Source: Trichomonas gallinae
Taxonomy: Eukaryota
Direction: 5' to 3'
Assembly: GCA_008369845.1 (NCBI GenBank)
Contig: MRSU01002690.1
Coordinates: 57,305-77,304, forward strand
Length of the DNA: 20,000 bases
A program made the translations under genes and the position numbers. Positions 1 to 8,470 of the stretch are shown here, one piece after another (within the stretch, counting starts at the first letter, position 1; each line of letters opens with the position of its first letter). A model generated the notes under the pieces. That model saw nothing but the letters and a program-made list of their open reading frames with translations, ran no database searches and was not told the origin of the DNA.

Positions 1-3000
1 TCTCTCCGCCAAATATTCTACTGGAAGATAAGAATTGATCTTGTTGATTTCTTCTTTGAATAACTCTAAGTATCTTTCTCTGTTCTTTTCGAAAGAAATC
101 GTCTTGAATTTCTCTGTTATTTCTGCTGTCGTAACATTGAAACAGGAAGCAATGACTTCATATAATTTATTCTTTTCGTTGTCAATTCTTGTTGTAGTGA
201 ATAACTGAAACGCTGAATACATTAATCCCCATAAATCTTGAACTCCATCTTTCCTTAATCTAACTGCACCATCAATAATCAAAAATGCAGACTGTAGGAA
301 TGATGTCATATGAATATTGTTGACCAATAACTGTGGAATAGTAAGAACTAACGAATTTAACATTGCTGCGTATTTCTTTGGCTCTTTGAATGATAATGCG
401 AGCATTCTTATTTCGATGATCATTGGTGAATTTATGTCTGACAAAGCGATTGATCTGACTGTTGATCTGATCATTGACGGAATACCGTCGCTCAAATAAC
501 GAACATGGTGGCCTGTGAAGTAGAACCGAGCATTCGGATTGAGTTCAACAGTTTTAGAACTGATGATGATTTTGTTTGAATTTGCTCTGAGAAGTTGATA
601 CATTGTGTGAATGTTATCGAATAAATAGCATAAATGTCTGTGTTCCATTTTCTCCAAATGATTAAACAAACACCAGCTGCCTGTTATGCATGTTCCAATC
701 AATATTCTGCTCAAGAAGTGTTCAGAGTTGTTTGGATATGGATACCAGTTATAAATAAATCTGCCGAAATCAGCTGCGAGCTGGAAAATAGTAGAAGCCT
801 TTCCAAGCATTGTAGAACCGAGCAAAATCATTGGATCAATTTCTCTGTTTCCTCTTGCAAGACTTTGGTAAGCAAACTCAATGCCTGTAGTATGAACAAC
901 GAAAGGAACTTGTCCCCAGAACTCATATCCAAGCTCCCATGATGTCTTCGAAATGCAAGCATAAATTGAGCCTGTTTCCTTCTTAAAGTGTAGCATTGTT
1001 TCATAGTCAATTGCGGGATTGAGGCCTTTGCGCTTTTGTTCTTGTAGTATTAAATTGGAATATCTATCTCTATAAGCAAGCAAAATTGCGAGAATTCCTG
1101 CTAATTCTGGTTTGACGCCAATTACATCTGTGATTTTTTGTATGTAATCGTTAATTAATTCTGGGAATGGCATCTCACCTTTGATTGTCTGTTTGAGCAG
1201 CTGGTTCCTCAAACTTGTCGTCAAAATAACATTCAAAGCAATTGCCAATATATTTGGCGCGAACATTGATATCCACTTGTCAAACATTACATTTTCGATC
1301 TTCTCGATTGCCTTCAATGACATTTCCTTGACTGTTTCTTGTGTTCTCTCAATCAGATCCGCAATCCACTGCTCAGGAACCGGTGTAATATCTACAGGCT
1401 TGTTAAGCGGTAATGTATATCCATGATTGCCAACAATACTGTAAACTTTTGACTGGAAAATTGGAACTTGGTTGCCCATCTCATCGTGGCAGTCGAGCGT
1501 TTTAACGAACATCAAAATCTTAGAGATTGTGCATGCAATGTCTTCGATTGATGTTGAGGAAATGAGTTTGAGAACATCATCGTTAGACAAGAAGAACAAA
1601 CGAGGCATTGCGTTTCTCTTTGTGTCCAACAATTTTCCGAGCGAAGCAATGATTGATTCCATTGTTTGGTTGTTTTCATTCAAAGCATCAAGTAATGATG
1701 GGAATGAACAAACAGAGAAAAGTCTTGTGTCTTTGATTGTGTGCCTAGCAATTGTGCTCCATTTCCTCTGAACACCAGAGAATTTGTTCATTTGTTGTGG
1801 TAAAAGTGATCTGGTTATATCTTGTGAGAAAATTGCGGATAAAATAATCCAGTTAGATTGGAATAATTGCCATGCTTCTATGATTTGATTGATGTTCTCA
1901 AGTGTTGAAGCGAGATTTGTGACTGTATCTCTGATGCCTTGTATGTATGGCCTCTGGAGCATCGAGCTGATATTAATCAATGCATCGTTGATTTCTTGTA
2001 ACAATTGATCAGTATTTCCAAGCAAAAGATTGTCTTCGTTGAGATTATTGCCTGGAACTTCAGCGATTGGCATCTGTACTTTGTTCCAGTAGTTAGTAAT
2101 GGCGTAGAATTCTGTTTCAAGTTTGTATTCACCGAGTGACATATTTGTGATTTGCTCGATTTTTTCTTTGTTCTGCAAAATATTCATCTTTATCAATTCG
2201 TCGACTGTCATCTTTGGATTGTAAGATGCCTGTTGATTGCAAGTCTCGAACAAGTTGTTCCAATGTCTGGCCTGCATCCTGCTGTTAGACAATTTCTCAA
2301 GTTCTTCGATATACGGAGAGATTTCATTTACTTTTGACGCGAGTTCGCCTAATATTGGATAATTATTTGATGCTGGAAGAGCTTGTAAACGCTTTAATTG
2401 CGTGTCAATTTCGACGACAGAATTTTTGAATACATCCATTTCTATTGAGATAAAGGCCTTCTTTGTCATCTGCTCCGAAATTTTCTGCCACTGATCAATC
2501 GATGAATATAATGTTAAAGCGAATTCATTGATATTTATTACGTTGTTGTAAAACGCGAATTTGTTAATTTCAACATCAATAATTTCTTGATATTTAATTG
2601 CTTGTTTAACCTGTGATTCGAGATCTCTCATCTTTCTGAGTCTTTTCTCACTTCTTGGAATTTCTTTCTCAATGTCGACAAGTGTTAATGTTGGAGGGAT
2701 TGCTGAAACTTTTTCATAATTCTTATTGAGTTTGGCTTCGAGTTGTGATATGTTATCTTTAAGTTGGTGAATGAAATAGTTGACAACGGAGCTCTTGATT
2801 GATTGAGCAACAATGAAATCGCTCTGGAACACTGAATATTTCTGATGAAGTGGATTTCTTTTATGCTGTAGTTGGAATTTTTCGAATAATGTATATGTTT
2901 CATCGACGAATTTAATTTCTGCTTCTATTGCTGGCTTTACGTTTTCTGCACGCTTAAATGTCTCACAGAATGATACGAAACCATCCAATGTTCCAGGCTC

Positions 3001-4992
3001 CATTTTGAGGATTTTGCCGTAATTTGTTAAAGCGCCATCAACTTGTTGAATTTTCATCGAAGAAAGTTTATCGAGAAGATTTTGCAAATCCAAAAATGTT
3101 TTCTTAGGAATTGGCTTCAATATTTGTCTTAAACCCTTGAGATCTATGTGAAGAACGCCTTTGACGATACCTTGTCTGAGGTTGTTGACTTCATGGTCAT
3201 CTTCTATCAACTGCTGCATTTCTTCTTTCACTTTTTCGAAATCGACAACGGGTTGCTCATCGCTGTTGACTAAAAATGTATCATCGCCAATATTATTCAG
3301 CGGATCTTGAATTTCGCCAACGAATTTTGTGCCTTTGCGAGTTATCAAATAATCTTTGACATCCCAACATTTGCCCATTTTGTAGATTGGATATAAATTC
3401 GAAAAATCTTGAGCAATGATAAATGCGTCATTATAAGAACTCCTGAGTGTTTTGATGATTCTCTCTTCTATCTCAGGCAGAATATTTTCGCATGATGTAA
3501 AGTTTGTTAATACTGGTCCATTAGCACATAATTGCTTAAAATCACATCCACTGTTTTCTATCAGAACTCTTAACTTTTCCATTTTAAGGAGTCTTGGTAA
3601 TTTGTTTAATGTATCAATGGAATTTGCCAATTGACCAACAATGCTCTTCTCAAGCTGCTGAAGATTGGGTGTGAAATCAACAGTGCCTTGATCTGTGAAT
3701 AAAACTTCGACCTGAAAAATACTTGAACCTTCTTGCGAAACGTTATGATCTGCCTGCTTCCAGCAATCAACGCAGATGTTCGCGAGTGTCTCTAATATCA
3801 TGTAATCGACTGTTCTAATGAATTGTCCTAACGAAGCAATTTGTTTATTTACGTCTTCTGTCTTTTTATATCTTAACAAAGCTTTTTGTTCTTCTAAATT
3901 TTCGAGGATTTGTATGTTAGGATGGCGGCGATTGAAGTTGAAATCTTGATCTGTCACCTGAACATGAAGTGGATCCGCGATTTTATCGAATAATTGCGCA
4001 ATTATTTCTGTGTTGTTTTGAATAAACTCTAAATAACTTGATTTCAATTTATCCGTATTTTCTCTTGATTGTTCTTCGAAATCTTCGAGTCTATATTTCT
4101 TGCCTACATGGAAGCATAGTAAATATTGCTTTAAAAGGCTGATTAATGCATTTTGTGAATCGTAAATTTTCAATTCTTGTCCAAAGAATAAAGGATTTCT
4201 GAATATTGTATTACTCATTGCATTAGCAAGTAAGCCTTTGAACCTCTGCTCTTTCAAAAACAGCACCCAGGCTCTGAAATTTTTCCAAAATAAATATTTC
4301 GAGAAGAATTTGAGTTTTCTTATGGCTTCGAATACAAATTTCTCTCTTGAGTATTGGTCGATTGTTAATGTTTCAGTTTCTCCGTTTGCATAAATATGAG
4401 TGACACCACTAGCACTCATTGTGTAATAATCAGTGCCAATCTCCGTAGATGGAACTTTCTTAAGATCGTACGGTGAGAAAAGTGGATCTTTTCGGTCGTA
4501 AGTGTAAATTAAATAAATAAAATGGTGACCACTTCCATCTTTTCTCTTTGAGAAGTATGCAATCGGGTCATCTTCGAATGCGAGTGTTTGTCTTTCAATT
4601 TCTTCTTCTCGTTTTGAAATTTGTAATGCAGTGACTTCTTGAAGATCTCCGAGCGGTTTATTTCCAAAACGCGATGAAGATGATAGTTGTGTACTCTTTG
4701 GTGGAATGATTGGTGATTTAATTATAGGTCTTCCAGTTTTCTTAGCGTGATTTCTAAATGCGTAGAGCGGAGGATTTTGCTGTTTAAGAAATGTATCACT
4801 TGAGCCTTCTCCAGGTGCACAGATATCGTAAGAATGAACTGTGCCTTCTAGATTCGAAGGTGCAAATAAAACTCGATCGATTGCCTTTTGTCCGGGTATA
4901 CTATCGAATTTAGTAGTTTTTACTCTGACGTTAGATTGTGGTGAACGAGGTGGATTTGTACCAGAGACGCTCTTTTCGTCCCTGTTACTCAT
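1..4992 (-). CDS. Axonemal dynein heavy chain, DNAH6/DNAH14-like single-headed inner-arm type, divergent; partial (tail, linker, AAA1; continues past position 1)
   Basis: ATG at 4992-4990 (MSNRDEKSVSG...). The frame showed no stop in the portions read down to position 1 (1664 codons), which explains its absence from the ORF track. The N-terminal tail has PYDLRKVP...DYYTMSASGVTHI...KLKFFSKYLFWKNF (DNAH6-like). Linker motifs are MQARHWNNLF (~2260-2290) and KRNAMPRLFFLSNDDVLKLI (1561-1620; canonical KR..FPRFYFLSNDELLEIL). These are followed by LGYEFWG and an AAA1-like region with GSTMLGKA (796-819) and GSWCLFNH (658-681). Confidence 0.92.
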   Translation of the reverse strand, partial: MSNRDEKSVSGTNPPRSPQSNVRVKTTKFDSIPGQKAIDRVLFAPSNLEGTVHSYDICAPGEGSSDTFLKQQNPPLYAFRNHAKKTGRPIIKSPIIPPKSTQLSSSSRFGNKPLGDLQEVTALQISKREEEIERQTLAFEDDPIAYFSKRKDGSGHHFIYLIYTYDRKDPLFSPYDLKKVPSTEIGTDYYTMSASGVTHIYANGETETLTIDQYSREKFVFEAIRKLKFFSKYLFWKNFRAWVLFLKEQRFKGLLANAMSNTIFRNPLFFGQELKIYDSQNALISLLKQYLLCFHVGKKYRLEDFEEQSRENTDKLKSSYLEFIQNNTEIIAQLFDKIADPLHVQVTDQDFNFNRRHPNIQILENLEEQKALLRYKKTEDVNKQIASLGQFIRTVDYMILETLANICVDCWKQADHNVSQEGSSIFQVEVLFTDQGTVDFTPNLQQLEKSIVGQLANSIDTLNKLPRLLKMEKLRVLIENSGCDFKQLCANGPVLTNFTSCENILPEIEERIIKTLRSSYNDAFIIAQDFSNLYPIYKMGKCWDVKDYLITRKGTKFVGEIQDPLNNIGDDTFLVNSDEQPVVDFEKVKEEMQQLIEDDHEVNNLRQGIVKGVLHIDLKGLRQILKPIPKKTFLDLQNLLDKLSSMKIQQVDGALTNYGKILKMEPGTLDGFVSFCETFKRAENVKPAIEAEIKFVDETYTLFEKFQLQHKRNPLHQKYSVFQSDFIVAQSIKSSVVNYFIHQLKDNISQLEAKLNKNYEKVSAIPPTLTLVDIEKEIPRSEKRLRKMRDLESQVKQAIKYQEIIDVEINKFAFYNNVININEFALTLYSSIDQWQKISEQMTKKAFISIEMDVFKNSVVEIDTQLKRLQALPASNNYPILGELASKVNEISPYIEELEKLSNSRMQARHWNNLFETCNQQASYNPKMTVDELIKMNILQNKEKIEQITNMSLGEYKLETEFYAITNYWNKVQMPIAEVPGNNLNEDNLLLGNTDQLLQEINDALINISSMLQRPYIQGIRDTVTNLASTLENINQIIEAWQLFQSNWIILSAIFSQDITRSLLPQQMNKFSGVQRKWSTIARHTIKDTRLFSVCSFPSLLDALNENNQTMESIIASLGKLLDTKRNAMPRLFFLSNDDVLKLISSTSIEDIACTISKILMFVKTLDCHDEMGNQVPIFQSKVYSIVGNHGYTLPLNKPVDITPVPEQWIADLIERTQETVKEMSLKAIEKIENVMFDKWISMFAPNILAIALNVILTTSLRNQLLKQTIKGEMPFPELINDYIQKITDVIGVKPELAGILAILLAYRDRYSNLILQEQKRKGLNPAIDYETMLHFKKETGSIYACISKTSWELGYEFWGQVPFVVHTTGIEFAYQSLARGNREIDPMILLGSTMLGKASTIFQLAADFGRFIYNWYPYPNNSEHFLSRILIGTCITGSWCLFNHLEKMEHRHLCYLFDNIHTMYQLLRANSNKIIISSKTVELNPNARFYFTGHHVRYLSDGIPSMIRSTVRSIALSDINSPMIIEIRMLALSFKEPKKYAAMLNSLVLTIPQLLVNNIHMTSFLQSAFLIIDGAVRLRKDGVQDLWGLMYSAFQLFTTTRIDNEKNKLYEVIASCFNVTTAEITEKFKTISFEKNRERYLELFKEEINKINSYLPVEYLAER

Positions 4993-4998
4993 TCCTTG

Positions 4999-5017
4999 AA
5001 TGTTAACGAGCAAAAAA
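4999..5017 (-). promoter_or_regulatory. Putative core promoter/Inr-like element of the dynein gene
   Basis: Minus strand TTTTTTGCTCGTTAACATT lies 6 nt upstream of the ATG. ACATT fits the trichomonad Inr consensus HCAHW. A near-identical element lies upstream of the CCDC42-like gene (9433-9451). Confidence 0.5.
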
Positions 5018-5032
5018 GTGCCAAATTTTGAA

Positions 5033-5168
5033 AATTTGTCAATATAATTATTTTACGTGTCAAAATTCTACATAATTAGGGTCGCCCCTGCATTTTATGA
5101 TAATTTGTCAATAAATTATTTTACATGTCAGAAATTGATTGAATTAGGGTCGCCCCTGTTTTTATGAT
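5033..5168. repeat. Imperfect tandem duplication, 2 x ~68 bp (plus a decayed partial third unit to ~5197), in the divergent promoter
   Basis: Units 5033-5101 and 5102-5168 both read AATTTGTCAATA..ATTATTTTAC(G/A)TGTCA..AATTAGGGTCGCCCCTG..TTTTATGAT. The 17-mer AATTAGGGTCGCCCCTG is identical at 5074-5090 and 5142-5158. Confidence 0.9.
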
Positions 5169-5305
5169 ATTTTGGATGTAAATGTATTTACGTGGCAAAT
5201 ATTTTTAAAATCGTCATAATTTATATTCAATTTTTCGAAAACTGTCAATGTAAAGTTACTAATTTGACATAGTTTATTTAATCGTTGTCAAAAATAAGGG
5301 AAGTG

Positions 5306-7876
5306 ATGGCAACGCAGACACCACGTACGAGAACTCTTATTTTGGGCTGCGATTATCCAACATTTCACTTATATTGGAGATATTATTCGCAATGTGCTGA
5401 TAAAGAAATTGTTGGTTTCGTCCATACAACATTCGCACCGCCACCTATTTCGAAATTTAAAGGAATTTATAGACTTCCATTACCAGTATATAATCTTCGT
5501 AGTCTTGAGCGTATTATTCTTAAAAAACAAGTGCAAAAATGCGTTATTCAAGCACAAAATATAGATATGACCGAATTACAAGCAATTATTAATCGAATTC
5601 TTTCAACTGGAATATGTGGATTCGAGTTTCTTCCAAAGAAATCATTAACAATTCATTCTTTCAAACGAACAATTGTTATTTCATCGTTAGCAACAAAATT
5701 AGGTAAATCTCAACTTGCCAGATATTTTTGCTCGATTTTGGCAAAAGAATATAAGCGAGTTGCTGTTGTATATTCATTATCTTCGATAAATCCTTCGGAA
5801 AATACTTTAATAATTGAGGATTGTCCACATTACGAATTTGATGAGCAATCTACAATTCCAGAAAATGTTTTCAGCATTGATGATGAACATCAGATTAAAC
5901 AATATCAAAACAGCGGCGCTTACAAGATTTTTGCAACAAGTGATATCAGACAAGCAATTATCTGCGCAGAACAATGTGCTGATATCATAATTTTCGATGC
6001 ATATCAATGCGAAATTCCTTTCATCGAATCTGATTACACGTTCTGTGTTGTATCATCAGATTCTCTTATAAATCCCCACAAATTATCGCTTTGGCCTGGT
6101 TTGGTCAATGTTCACGAAGCCTCCAAAAAAGTTGTTTTGTATCGAGGTCAACAACAGCTTCCAGACAGCAGAATCAAAGAGATTGATGCTTTATTCAAGG
6201 AATCTAGGGTGTACTATGCAAGTTCTCAATACGATTTTGAAGGTGTTTCAACATCCACTATTTTCGGCCAAAAAGTCATGACAATCGACTCCCAAGAAGA
6301 TGCAGGCATATCTAATCAGCTCGCCTTCCATTATGGTGCCTCAGAGATTGTCACTCCATCAACAACAACAGAACAAGTATCAGTCAAAGGCAGAACAACA
6401 ACAGTCAAGCTTCCTAGAGCTGCTTCTCCTCTTGCAATTCCACATGGTCATTCTGAGCTCAATCTCACTTCATCTATCGATTCATTCGCGTCCAGAGGTT
6501 TTGACGATTCATCTGAATTCTTAAACTACGAGGCTGGTTCACTTCCATCAATAATAATTCCAGCGCAAAACGCAAGAATCGACATTATTCAGAACATGAC
6601 AGCTGAACCGAAAAGTGAAGAGATGCTTTTTAAGATAGATTATGCTGAAGAAAGTGAGGACGAAAACATCAGCTTGGAAGATCGCTCTCCTTCTCCTAAC
6701 TCGCAAGTTGTTGAGGAGAAGAATCAAGCATTGGAAAATCTTTCGAGAATCATCAACGAAACTAAAGATGTCGATGTCATCATTTCATCGCTTAACACTC
6801 CAATTCCTGGCTTAGACCCAACAAAACTCGTCATCTACGCAACACCAGAAATTCAAGACAACGAAGGCAAACTCTATAAATGGATTGTTGACTTTGCAAA
6901 TCCGAAAGTTCCTGCCCTACAAAAACATTTCGAGGCGCAAGTCGACATCATCATGAGTTTGGCTAAAGCATCAGATAAAGAACTTAGAGTCCAAAACAAC
7001 GATTCGTCAAACAGAGAAAGCTTCTGCAGAATTTTCCTTTCGTCGCATTTGCCGCCGGGATTCAGAGTCACAACAGGCGAAATCATCGACAGCAGCTCTA
7101 ATCTAACTGGACAGCTCGATGTTGTTGTTGTCAATGATCTATGTCCTTCACTGACAATTGACACATCAGGGCATGTCATTGCGCCAATTCCAGCCGACTC
7201 TGTTCTCGCTGTTATTGAAGTCAAAACAACACTGACACATGATGCATTGAACAAAGCCTTGTCACAGATGCGTCCAATCAAAGCATTGATGCCTTCACAT
7301 ACTACGCTTTTGACGCCAGACGGCGGAATCATCGATGACCCACTCGGCGGAAAAGTCATTGCTGGAATCTTTTCATTCAACATCACAGATGAAATCGAAG
7401 ACCAAGTCCCTGAGCTGCTTGAAAAGTATCCGAATGTCGTAGATTTCATTGTGCTTCCAGATGCATTTGCTTTTATCAACGAGAAAACTCTTAAAGTCTG
7501 TGGCATGGAAGTTGGCAGCCATGAATTGATCCATGGATATTGCAAATTCACAGCGAAAGGAATGGGTTTGGCTATGATTTATGGAATTTTGAATTCCATT
7601 GCTGCCATCAGAAGATTCAACGGAATGAACTGCGTTAGATACATATCAGGATCATGGGGCAATGAAAGAGATAAGATCAGCAAAATTATTTCTCAAGTCT
7701 CAACGAGTATCAACCTCCTAGACAAATACTTCGCGACAGCTACTACAGAGAAGAAGAACGAGTACTTTAGGAAGAAAGATGAGTTCAGCAAAATTGTCAC
7801 TGACTCACTATCTAACTTAGGAAAGAAGAATGCGACAATTAAACCTCCTTCAGTCCCGAAGACCTCTCCTATATAA
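5306..7876 (+). CDS. Fusion protein: degenerate COG2403-type (cyclic 2,3-diphosphoglycerate synthetase/ArcE-like) P-loop module + C-terminal NucC/DUF6602-like PD-(D/E)xK endonuclease
   Basis: First ATG at 5306 (856 aa; the ORF track starts at a TTG at 5285). The N-part is collinear with recalled COG2403 proteins: TLILGCDYPTFH, SLATKLGKSQLARY, AEQCADIIIFD, WPGLVNV, YGASEIVTP, LENLSRIINETKDVDVII. The C-part (6917-~7640) reads NRESFCRIFLSSHLPPGFRVTTGEIIDSSSNLTGQLDVVV...PIPADSVLAVIEVK, matching the NucC pattern E..W..ML..YLP.RY....FVVDS.G.FSDQIDVVV...IVPAESVYAVFEAK. Confidence 0.85.
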   Translation: MATQTPRTRTLILGCDYPTFHLYWRYYSQCADKEIVGFVHTTFAPPPISKFKGIYRLPLPVYNLRSLERIILKKQVQKCVIQAQNIDMTELQAIINRILSTGICGFEFLPKKSLTIHSFKRTIVISSLATKLGKSQLARYFCSILAKEYKRVAVVYSLSSINPSENTLIIEDCPHYEFDEQSTIPENVFSIDDEHQIKQYQNSGAYKIFATSDIRQAIICAEQCADIIIFDAYQCEIPFIESDYTFCVVSSDSLINPHKLSLWPGLVNVHEASKKVVLYRGQQQLPDSRIKEIDALFKESRVYYASSQYDFEGVSTSTIFGQKVMTIDSQEDAGISNQLAFHYGASEIVTPSTTTEQVSVKGRTTTVKLPRAASPLAIPHGHSELNLTSSIDSFASRGFDDSSEFLNYEAGSLPSIIIPAQNARIDIIQNMTAEPKSEEMLFKIDYAEESEDENISLEDRSPSPNSQVVEEKNQALENLSRIINETKDVDVIISSLNTPIPGLDPTKLVIYATPEIQDNEGKLYKWIVDFANPKVPALQKHFEAQVDIIMSLAKASDKELRVQNNDSSNRESFCRIFLSSHLPPGFRVTTGEIIDSSSNLTGQLDVVVVNDLCPSLTIDTSGHVIAPIPADSVLAVIEVKTTLTHDALNKALSQMRPIKALMPSHTTLLTPDGGIIDDPLGGKVIAGIFSFNITDEIEDQVPELLEKYPNVVDFIVLPDAFAFINEKTLKVCGMEVGSHELIHGYCKFTAKGMGLAMIYGILNSIAAIRRFNGMNCVRYISGSWGNERDKISKIISQVSTSINLLDKYFATATTEKKNEYFRKKDEFSKIVTDSLSNLGKKNATIKPPSVPKTSPI

Positions 7877-8470
7877 TAAATGTTTGTTTAAATCTATTAT
7901 TTGAGCTTTTTAATACTTATAAACTATGTAAATAATGCTTCAAATAATAGATTGCATCTTTCAAGTTGTTTTTGCATATTTTGTATACTCATGAATTCAT
8001 CAAATATCCTTCTTTGGGCTCCTGGCATAAATGGAAAAAGCGAAAGATATATTAATAAAACAACATTGATAAGGCCTTCAAAATATGGTCATCATGAATG
8101 TTGCAAATAATTATTCTGTTCCTTGAACAGATGTCAAGACAAAATGCTTTATAGCAGGAATACACGCATATGATGAAATACTTCAGCTATTACTTGAAAT
8201 CAAAACAATATTGACACATGATATTTTATTATCGCACAGAATATTTTTTTTTACATATTAAGAAATGCAGTAATAACGAATTCATTCATGCAGATACATA
8301 TAAATAAATTCAGGAAGCATCATATCGAGAATTAGAGAAAATATTAAAATTGACAAAGCCCTCAGAATTCTATAGTTATTTATAATAATATGATAAATAG
8401 AAGGAGGATGAATGACAAACTTAACAGATTTAGTAATAATAATAAATATAAAAAGACAAATTAGGAAAAA

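Noticed and set aside
317..3634. Short ORFs listed in the track over 317-3634
   Set aside because: They are antisense or off-frame shadows of the long minus-strand dynein CDS and carry no recognisable motifs.
5074..5158. Two identical palindromic 17-mers next to a NucC-like gene, suggestive of a mini-CRISPR
   Set aside because: There are only two copies, the flanking 'spacer' sequence is itself duplicated, no cas genes are present and the context is eukaryotic; it is a tandem duplication.
6874..7551. 225-aa antisense ORF over the NucC-like domain
   Set aside because: It is the codon-aligned mirror of the sense frame, Ser-rich and without domain features, as expected from codon bias.
7901..8110. 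69-aa ORF in the convergent intergenic region
   Set aside because: It has a TTG start, AT-rich 3'UTR-like composition and no motifs.
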